This document shows positions 1 to 6,755 of a DNA stretch of 24,565 nt, piece by piece. Within the stretch, counting starts at the first letter, position 1. Each line of letters begins with the position of its first letter. Source of the stretch: a virus (Duplodnaviria; Caudoviricetes). Under the pieces are notes generated by a model, which had not been told where the DNA came from, did not search any database, and was given only the letters and a program-made list of their open reading frames with translations. A program made the translations under genes and the position numbers. The DNA lies in the IMG/VR virus record IMGVR_UViG_3300007346_000223, positions 1 to 24,565 of that record; one strand, written 5' to 3'.

Positions 1-133
1 ATTCAGCAGTGCTCCACTTGGCAAAGGTTTTGCACTGCTTTCCACCATGAATCAGAACATATTTCTGACTCTTACCCTTGGAAATTAATGGTACTATTGC
101 AATACCAAGTTTCCAATCAACTATTTCATTCAT
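1..133 (-). CDS. Small hypothetical phage protein, 3'-truncated by the window edge (MNEIVDWKLGIAIVPLISKGKSQKYVLIHGGKQCKTFAKWSTAE...)
   Basis: Translated by hand. Its ATG overlaps the helicase stop (ATGA coupling at 130-133) and the frame stays open to position 1. Not in the ORF track. Confidence 0.65.
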   Translation of the reverse strand, partial: MNEIVDWKLGIAIVPLISKGKSQKYVLIHGGKQCKTFAKWSTAE

Positions 134-1323
134 CGTCGAATCTCCGAGATGGCAGGTTGACCCTTGTGAAATACGGTGTCAACGACCGCTTGCACCTTTT
201 TGGCAGTGGATATACCAACCTTGTCATAAGTGGGCACACAGACGAGCCCAAAGGTCTTAGAAGAACCGCCAAGTCTGATAACACGTCCGATTGACTGGGA
301 AATACCTACATAATCCATGTTCCGCATGAAGATTACCGCCTCCAAACCTGAAACATTAATACCTTCAGACAGGATAGAGTGATGTAAAACCACAAACTTT
401 TTGGAAGGATCTTTACCCCATGCATTGAGAGTATCAAAGAACTGCTCACGATTGACCTTCTGACCGTCAATAATTGCACCAGTCTTAGATGTGATCGTCA
501 TCCAAGAATAACCACGTTTTGAAAGTTGAAGGCAGAAATCAGATTGTGTAATCAGATTGATAATCTGCTTGGTTGTACGAGCACAAATCAGAGTCTTGTC
601 AATGTTGTTGTCATCAATAGTTTCCAGCAGATTGTCACAATCATCAGCAAATACAACCTTGCGACCTTGAATCATAGGTAGTTGCTTGACAACAACTTTA
701 GGGGGAAGAATGAACCCACCTTCAACCAACTCAGGAGCAGGAACATTTGCAAGAACCTGACCATAAACATGACCCCAATTCATGCCTGGTTTCGAGACAG
801 TCAGGGAATGTTTTGGAGTTGCAGTGAAGAAATAGCAACGATCTGCTTTCTCAGAAAAGAACTCAGTTGCAGGGAAAAAGTTACGCTTGACGGAGTTATG
901 TGCCTCGTCAAAGTAAATCGTATTCACCTCAACATCTGCCTGCTGAATACGCTCCAAAGAGTTGTATGTGGTGAAAATAATCACATTCTCACCAACACTA
1001 CGAGCACAATCAACAAACAATGAAATCTTATCGTGCTTTGTAGTGCTGAAGTGATGTGTTTCTCCACTATGAACGTGCATAATGTGAGTGTGAGTGGTAT
1101 CAATCACCTCAAGAAATTCACTGCAAAGTTGCTCACTCAAAAGGATTCTTGGAGCAACAACAACAGTTGTGGTTCCAGACTGATTGTTTTTGAGTGTACG
1201 CTGGAGATCCATAATCATGGTGAGTGTTTTGCCGCCACCAGTCGTGACATTTACTTGCCCACGATCATACTTTGCCAGACGCTCTACAATACGCTTTTGA
1301 TGTGGGCGAAGAGTGATGGTCAA
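130..1323 (-). CDS. Superfamily 2 DEAH-box helicase (ResIII-like)
   Basis: Q-motif LRPHQ, Walker A TTGGGKT, Walker B FDEAH, motif III TATP, motif V SEGINV, motif VI QSIGRVIR. The likely start is TTG at 1323 with an AAGGA RBS at 1330-1334. The track start at 1368 falls inside a hairpin/promoter. Confidence 0.9.
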   Translation of the reverse strand: MTITLRPHQKRIVERLAKYDRGQVNVTTGGGKTLTMIMDLQRTLKNNQSGTTTVVVAPRILLSEQLCSEFLEVIDTTHTHIMHVHSGETHHFSTTKHDKISLFVDCARSVGENVIIFTTYNSLERIQQADVEVNTIYFDEAHNSVKRNFFPATEFFSEKADRCYFFTATPKHSLTVSKPGMNWGHVYGQVLANVPAPELVEGGFILPPKVVVKQLPMIQGRKVVFADDCDNLLETIDDNNIDKTLICARTTKQIINLITQSDFCLQLSKRGYSWMTITSKTGAIIDGQKVNREQFFDTLNAWGKDPSKKFVVLHHSILSEGINVSGLEAVIFMRNMDYVGISQSIGRVIRLGGSSKTFGLVCVPTYDKVGISTAKKVQAVVDTVFHKGQPAISEIRR

Positions 1324-1344
1324 GGCGTTTCCTTGTCGATGAAC

Positions 1345-1406
1345 ATAATATAAAGCAAAAAACCCCACAGTGGGGGTTTAGTGTACACTTCGGCAACTGG
1401 CACACT
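1345..1406 (-). promoter_or_regulatory. Early-type promoter with an upstream quasi-palindromic box, GTGTGCCAGTT-GCCG-AAGTGTACAC
   Basis: The minus strand reads box (1381-1405), hairpin, TATATT/TATTAT -10 (1345-1352), RBS, TTG. The 12-mer AGTGTGCCAGTT recurs at 20712-20723 upstream of another -10 box. Confidence 0.6.
1357..1379 (-). terminator. Rho-independent terminator-like hairpin
   Basis: AAACCCC-CACTGT-GGGGTTTTTT on the minus strand, downstream of the 1405-1596 ORF. Confidence 0.65.
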
Positions 1407-1596
1407 ATCTTTCGTGATACTTTTCCAATCCGATTTTTCTTGTGTAAATTCTAATAAATCTCTTATTCTTCGGTGCAATTAACACCCAAGTTAAACGATT
1501 TCTTTTCCAAGTCCAATCAAGACGGACTCTTCTATCATTTTTGTAGATAATACAATTAGTATATCTTAAAAAGAGATTTACAATGAGTATCCACAT
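1405..1596 (-). CDS. Hypothetical basic protein, 63 aa
   Basis: ATG starts 2 nt after the upstream stop and the ORF fills the gap in a co-directional gene run. No motif recognised. Confidence 0.5.
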   Translation of the reverse strand: MWILIVNLFLRYTNCIIYKNDRRVRLDWTWKRNRLTWVLIAPKNKRFIRIYTRKIGLEKYHER

Positions 1597-1598
1597 TG

Positions 1599-1823
1599 TT
1601 AATCATTAGAGAAATTATCAAATGATCCACTACTTCCATCTTTACGACTTTCTAGCATGTCAATGATATTTTCATACCTTTTAAGTGAATCTAATTCAAG
1701 AAGAATCTTACCAAGACTACTCACAACCGTTGGATTCTCATTCACTGCTGCACACTTAATTGCAGAACGTAAATGTGATTCAACTTCTAAAAGATGATCA
1801 AGTGTTTGTTTAGATAATGCCAT
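1599..1823 (-). CDS. Hypothetical phage protein, 74 aa
   Basis: ATG-started ORF tightly packed in the operon, with an amphipathic helical pattern. Confidence 0.75.
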   Translation of the reverse strand: MALSKQTLDHLLEVESHLRSAIKCAAVNENPTVVSSLGKILLELDSLKRYENIIDMLESRKDGSSGSFDNFSND

Positions 1824-1825
1824 GT

Positions 1826-2026
1826 TTAATCATTAAATCCTTTCTTTGTTTTCTTTGTTTTGATATCCAGAACCTCAACATGTTTTCTAAACATCTCAGG
1901 TGTATTATACCATTCAAGTCTTAATTCTTCGTAATTGTCAAAGATTACTGACTGATCATTAGTATAAACTAATTTATAGTGATGTCTATCATAAGGTTTA
2001 TCACTTGTTTGCTTAAATGTCTTCAT
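1826..2026 (-). CDS. Hypothetical phage protein (MKTFKQTSDKPYDRHHYKLV..., 66 aa)
   Basis: Start moved to the ATG at 2026 because the track's TTG start (2101) is the -35 box of a promoter. Confidence 0.75.
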   Translation of the reverse strand: MKTFKQTSDKPYDRHHYKLVYTNDQSVIFDNYEELRLEWYNTPEMFRKHVEVLDIKTKKTKKGFND

Positions 2027-2072
2027 AGTACTCAAAGATACATAAAATTTCTCTATCAACCTTAACAAAGAT

Positions 2073-2101
2073 ATTCTACAGAGACATTCAATATCTGTCA
2101 A
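2073..2101 (-). promoter_or_regulatory. Sigma70-like promoter
   Basis: TTGACA (2096-2101), 17-nt spacer, TAGAAT (2073-2078), immediately after a terminator. Confidence 0.75.
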
Positions 2102-2107
2102 GACATT

Positions 2108-2130
2108 AAAAAACCCCTTCGAGAGGGGTT
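2108..2130 (-). terminator. Rho-independent terminator ending the fibre gene cluster
   Basis: AACCCCT-CTCGA-AGGGGTT followed by TTTT on the minus strand, about 25 nt after the stop of the 904-aa gene. Confidence 0.8.
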
Positions 2131-2155
2131 AAAGAACTTATTAACCTATGATTTC

Positions 2156-4870
2156 TTATGCTACAATAATAGCACCACTATTTCCAATTGTATTGAATGG
2201 AGGTGATACTGCAGTTGCATTACCACTAAAAGTTGTAGTGTTACTCTGTGTTGCTCTGAAATCAATCGAAGAGTTAATTGATGCTTTTAGTGGTGCTTTT
2301 GGTTTTGCTGGATTATCAAAACCGTTATTTGTAACGGTAGAGTTTTTTATTAGAACACTACCACTGTTTTCTATTGAAACTCCCTCTAGTCCATTATTGT
2401 CAATAGTACATTTATCAGCGCGTGTAGAAGAACTTTCACGAGATTCAATTCCTCTTCCTTTATTATTTGCAATCAGGCAATCGTTAATGCGTTCTGCAGC
2501 ACTTCTAAGTGTAATTAACCCGTTACCATCACAATTAGAAATCGTTAAAGGTGGTTGAGACTGAGCACCTAAACTAGAATCACTTTGATCTCCTAGAATA
2601 ACTCCAGATGCGTTAAGAATACCTACCTCACAATTAGTGATTGTTACATTTGCAAGATTGGCAAATCCACCAAATACAAGATAAAGTCCAGAATTTCCAA
2701 AATTATGAATTGCACAGTTACTCATAGAAACTGTGCCTCCTGATCCCTTAAATGCTCCAGAATCATTTCTCAAGAGAACACCATGTTTCTCACCTTTCGC
2801 AAAGTTCCCACGAAGCAGAATATTTTCAAGGCAAACACTAGCGTTTGGACCAATTACAATACCACTACAAGAATTGAATTGCAATGTAGTATTGTAATAT
2901 GCTTGTAATAAACCATTATTATATAATTGAGATGCTGCAGTATAACCTCTAATCGCAGTTCCACTAGATCCTTTTAATGCATTTCCTACTGGTTTAGTTC
3001 CTGATGGTGTAGCACCTTTATAAACAATTGATTCACCCTGTGGGTGATCTAGATTAAGTGGGACTGAAGAAGTATAAGTTCCAGCAGCAATTAAAACTGT
3101 GCATCTAACACCATTCTTGATGCGTCTTACAGACAAATAATCTGCTGCTTTTTGTATTGTTTCCCATTGAGAACTTGAACTTAATCCATCGTTATTATCA
3201 TCACCCACAGTATTTGAAACGTAGAAAGTGGTATTTGTAGAAATGATTTGTGTCGAATTATCTGCAAGTGCTCCCTGTGCAGCAGTTGCATAATCGGTAG
3301 AGTTTGTTGCGGCAGCAGTACCTAATGTTGGTTTATTCTGAATGAAAGAATCACCAGAAGTAGCAGTCCAATTTGCTTGAACATTAACTTCAGCGCCTTC
3401 AGCAATACCATCTAGTTTGGTTTTATCTTCATGAGATAAGAGACCGTCTTGATCATCACCTGTTCCTGCTAAAGGTAATGTTACATTAGTACCTGTAGAC
3501 TGTTGCAGTTGATTTGTTGCCTGATCGTAAGAAAAGAGAGAACCACTAACAGATATAGTTGAAATGCCAAGAGATGCAGGAGATGCAGTTAGATTGCTTC
3601 CAAAGTTAATTGTTCCCGCAGTACCAACTGAAACATCATTGTCATGAATGATTACTTCTCCAATATTACTTACTCCCGTAGTCATTGTGACTGTGGAGAC
3701 ATTACTAATTCTTCCATCTGCTACAGTAATTTGTAGCGCAGCACTACTACTACCATAAGTTCCATCTGGGGCATCAATTGTTCCAGTTAAACCAATACCA
3801 GAACCAGTTATAGAATTACCAGTAGATATAGTTACATCACTCTCAAAATCTCCATTAACAACAAAATCACCGAAAACAGTTACTGTTGTAATTCCGGGTG
3901 AACTACCACCATTACCGCGTATCGTAAGAGCAGTGGTGACACCAGTTGCATTTCCAACTTCTTCAAAACTTCCAGAACCAAGAGTATTAGGTATTAATTG
4001 GAAATCATGTGATCCAGATAGATAACGGATTCTATCTGTGCCGAATTGATTGTGGGCATTGTCATTACCCTTATAGATGAGTAATTCTGCGTTTTCTCCA
4101 AGAGGATCTGGAAATTCACCAGATGTAAAAATCCTTTCTCCAAGAAAAGTATTTGTGTATCTTGTTCTAGATGCAGATTGATCTACTCCTGGTGATGATG
4201 CTCCATCCCACCATGTGCCGTGAAATGCAATATAGTTTGATGTTGTAGAGAAACCAACTCTTACATTTCCATCTGCTTGAAGAGCAATGTCAGTATTTTC
4301 ATTAGATCCAATATGTACTTTTCCAGAAATATAAGTATCACCTTGAACCTGTAGAATATTACTAGGTCCATTAGCAGAAATTTCTAGTGCGGAATCTTGA
4401 GCAGAACCTTGAGTTGAACCTATTAATACATTCCCTCCCGTTCCAACAAATAATCTATTTTTAACTCTTCCCGGAAATCTATCTCGAAGTGCCATTCCAT
4501 AATAACCACCATATATGTCCCAATATGAGGTATTCAATGTTATATCAGAGTTCCAAGTTTGAAACTCAACAGCAGAATCATTACCTAAATTATCAGTGAC
4601 TCTTGCAATTTTAACAGTTGCTGAAGTATCAATGAAGTTAATAGGTCTAAATGCAGTGATTCCTGTTTCTGCATTAAAATCTAGAAGATTATCAAAGTTT
4701 AAGTTTAGATGATTTCTATTACCAGCAATAATTTTACCTACCAAAGATAGGTTACCATAAACTTCTAACTTTTGTGAAGGATCTGTAATTCCAATACCAA
4801 TAAATTGCGATGTATCAGCCACTGATACATTTCTTGCAAGTTGTGATATTTCGACGTTATAGTTTCCCAT
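2156..4870 (-). CDS. Tail fibre/adhesin-like protein with a C-terminal right-handed beta-helix (long form, 904 aa)
   Basis: Fibre motifs (IGIGITDPSQKLEVYGN; KTKLDGIAEGAEVNVQANW). C-terminal FYVS...DGLS...WETIQKA followed by (I/V)xNxxIxNNxxxG(I/V) beta-helix coils. Paralogous to the 393-aa gene. Confidence 0.8.
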   Translation of the reverse strand: MGNYNVEISQLARNVSVADTSQFIGIGITDPSQKLEVYGNLSLVGKIIAGNRNHLNLNFDNLLDFNAETGITAFRPINFIDTSATVKIARVTDNLGNDSAVEFQTWNSDITLNTSYWDIYGGYYGMALRDRFPGRVKNRLFVGTGGNVLIGSTQGSAQDSALEISANGPSNILQVQGDTYISGKVHIGSNENTDIALQADGNVRVGFSTTSNYIAFHGTWWDGASSPGVDQSASRTRYTNTFLGERIFTSGEFPDPLGENAELLIYKGNDNAHNQFGTDRIRYLSGSHDFQLIPNTLGSGSFEEVGNATGVTTALTIRGNGGSSPGITTVTVFGDFVVNGDFESDVTISTGNSITGSGIGLTGTIDAPDGTYGSSSAALQITVADGRISNVSTVTMTTGVSNIGEVIIHDNDVSVGTAGTINFGSNLTASPASLGISTISVSGSLFSYDQATNQLQQSTGTNVTLPLAGTGDDQDGLLSHEDKTKLDGIAEGAEVNVQANWTATSGDSFIQNKPTLGTAAATNSTDYATAAQGALADNSTQIISTNTTFYVSNTVGDDNNDGLSSSSQWETIQKAADYLSVRRIKNGVRCTVLIAAGTYTSSVPLNLDHPQGESIVYKGATPSGTKPVGNALKGSSGTAIRGYTAASQLYNNGLLQAYYNTTLQFNSCSGIVIGPNASVCLENILLRGNFAKGEKHGVLLRNDSGAFKGSGGTVSMSNCAIHNFGNSGLYLVFGGFANLANVTITNCEVGILNASGVILGDQSDSSLGAQSQPPLTISNCDGNGLITLRSAAERINDCLIANNKGRGIESRESSSTRADKCTIDNNGLEGVSIENSGSVLIKNSTVTNNGFDNPAKPKAPLKASINSSIDFRATQSNTTTFSGNATAVSPPFNTIGNSGAIIVA

Positions 4871-4896
4871 TCTTTGATAAACTTTTTGTGTATGTT

Positions 4897-4904
4897 TATT
4901 TATG
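4897..4904 (-). promoter_or_regulatory. T4-type late promoter (CATAAATA)
   Basis: Matches the gp55-type TATAAATA consensus, about 26 nt upstream of the 904-aa start. Confidence 0.6.
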
Positions 4905-5166
4905 CTGGAATAGCAAAACTAGATCCAATAGCAAGAGCAGCAACCTCACTATGCGTCATTGGTTCTACACCATCAGTCGAAGTTATACCTGTGACAACAT
5001 CATAGGTTGATGATATTCCAAGAATACTATGAGTATTCATCACATTATTCGGTACAGTATAACCCACACCAGCAAATCCAGTGCCGTGCATCATTCCAGT
5101 CGCATCTGAAAACTCTGAATCAGTGAAATACATTACTGCTTCGTCATTTCTAACTATAATTACCAT
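4900..5166 (-). CDS. 88-aa hypothetical protein, paralogue A (possible fibre partner/chaperone)
   Basis: Shares MVIIVRN, EAVM, GYTV..VMNTH.ILGISS, VTG and PMTH.EV with the adjacent gene. Confidence 0.8.
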   Translation of the reverse strand: MVIIVRNDEAVMYFTDSEFSDATGMMHGTGFAGVGYTVPNNVMNTHSILGISSTYDVVTGITSTDGVEPMTHSEVAALAIGSSFAIPA

Positions 5167-5204
5167 TGATTTTACTCGATAGGGTGAAAAAATATAATGA
5201 TTTT

Positions 5205-5471
5205 TTATGCAGCGATATTAAAACTGTTTCCAATCTTAACAGCAATAACCTCATTATGTGTCATTGGAGGAATTTCAGTTGATGCTACACCTGTGACTGG
5301 ATCTGTTTCTGATGATATTCCGAGAATGTTATGAGTATTCATAACAGTATCTGCTACGGTGTAACCAATACCAGCACCATGTTGCATATTAATAGCATGA
5401 GTCCACTCTGGTGTAGTGTACATCATTACTGCTTCTTCTATTGTTCCAGTGTTTCTAACTATAATTACCAT
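5205..5471 (-). CDS. 88-aa hypothetical protein, paralogue B (possible fibre partner/chaperone)
   Basis: Tandem paralogue of 4900-5166. A 29-nt identical stretch spans both start codons (5147-5175 = 5452-5480). Confidence 0.8.
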   Translation of the reverse strand: MVIIVRNTGTIEEAVMMYTTPEWTHAINMQHGAGIGYTVADTVMNTHNILGISSETDPVTGVASTEIPPMTHNEVIAVKIGNSFNIAA

Positions 5472-5520
5472 TGATTTTACCTGATAGTGTGAGATGTGAG
5501 AAAAGAAATGATTTTATGTA

Positions 5521-6702
5521 TTAGTTTTGAATAAATGACCCGTTATTCCCTGTTGTATTAAAGAAAGGAGATACTTTATTTGCAGTTGCTGTGCCAGCGA
5601 AAGACCGGAAATCTATATATGAATTTGAAAGTGCGAATAGATCTTGTTGTACATTACCAGTTACTGTGGCAGCACCAAGTTGAACTGAACCACTTTGTTG
5701 TACTACAACTCCTTTTTTGCCATTATTGGTGATTGTTGAGTTTGACGCACGACAAGAAGAATTCTCGATCAAATCAATTCCATTTGCACCATTATTAGCA
5801 ATATATGAACCTATATAGCGACCTGTACCATTTCTTGTATGAGTGATTCCATTACCCATGTTATTAGATATTGTCAAATTTGAAATTTGGTTGGGTGCTG
5901 TACCCAAGTCACCAAGAATAACCCCAGAAGAATTACCAATACCTCCTCCACAATTAGTGATAGATACGTCACGCAATGTTGCATAACCACCAAAGACAAG
6001 AGCAATTCCTCTATTAGCAAAGTTATGAATTGCACAATCAATTAGTTCAATAGAACCACCTAAACCACCTTCTCTTCCATTCTGAACTCTGATTGCATCT
6101 GTAGAATCTGGATCATTTGCAACATAATTTCCACGAATAAGAATATTTTGCAGAACAAGAGTGGACTCTGGACCAACTAAGATTCCCGTAGTGGAATTAA
6201 ACTGCCATATTACCGTGTAATAATTTCTTAGAGTAACATCATTAGTTGCTTCAGTTCCTACAGTGTAACCTCTAGTTCCACCACCATTCAGTGTAGCACC
6301 TCTTGGTTTTGTTGTTGTTGGTGCTGTACCAACATATTTAATTTGTGAACCTTGTGGGTGATCCAATCTAATTGGAGAAGTGAATAGGTAAGTTCCGCTA
6401 TTAATTGAAACTGTAACTGTTACACCACTCTTAATACGTCTTTGTGATAAGTATTCTGCTGCCTCAGTTGGTGAATTCCATGGTTTTGATAAAGTACCAT
6501 CTCTTTCAGTGAGATTATTCACAGTAACATAATAAGTTGTTGATTCACTAATAACACTAGCAGCAGGATCACCATCAACGGTCAGTGCCGAATTTTTCAC
6601 GTTCAAACTGGATACCGTTGAACCAAAACTAATGTGTTGGTTTGTATCATCAATAGTTACATATCTTGCAAGTTGCGATAACTCTACGTTATAGTTTGAC
6701 AT
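5521..6702 (-). CDS. Beta-helix adhesin/tail-spike-like protein (short form, 393 aa)
   Basis: N-terminus MSNYNVELSQLAR matches the 904-aa protein. The remainder aligns by eye with its C-terminal ~365 aa (YLS.RRIK.GV, LDHPQG, CAIHNF, LVFGG, SGVILGD, VSP.FNT.GN). Confidence 0.8.
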   Translation of the reverse strand: MSNYNVELSQLARYVTIDDTNQHISFGSTVSSLNVKNSALTVDGDPAASVISESTTYYVTVNNLTERDGTLSKPWNSPTEAAEYLSQRRIKSGVTVTVSINSGTYLFTSPIRLDHPQGSQIKYVGTAPTTTKPRGATLNGGGTRGYTVGTEATNDVTLRNYYTVIWQFNSTTGILVGPESTLVLQNILIRGNYVANDPDSTDAIRVQNGREGGLGGSIELIDCAIHNFANRGIALVFGGYATLRDVSITNCGGGIGNSSGVILGDLGTAPNQISNLTISNNMGNGITHTRNGTGRYIGSYIANNGANGIDLIENSSCRASNSTITNNGKKGVVVQQSGSVQLGAATVTGNVQQDLFALSNSYIDFRSFAGTATANKVSPFFNTTGNNGSFIQN

Positions 6703-6725
6703 TCTTAAAATAATTTTTTTACGTG

Positions 6726-6737
6726 TATTTATTTATT
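6726..6737 (-). promoter_or_regulatory. T4-type late promoter (AATAAATA, two overlapping copies)
   Basis: Intergenic, about 25 nt upstream of the 393-aa start. Confidence 0.6.
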
Positions 6738-6755
6738 GTTTTTTTATTGATACAA

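Noticed and set aside
130-1368. Type III restriction-modification system
   Set aside because: Only a ~400-aa helicase core is present, with no nuclease domain and no adjacent methyltransferase in the window.
2027-2101. N-terminal extensions given by the ORF track (91-aa ORF from 2101; helicase from 1368; HNH from 19543)
   Set aside because: The extensions overlap promoter or terminator elements or use weak starts. Downstream starts fit better.
2156-6702. Invertible tail-fibre switch (Mu Gin/P1 Cin-like shufflon)
   Set aside because: All copies are co-oriented, complete and separately promoted. No recombinase or flanking inverted sites were seen.
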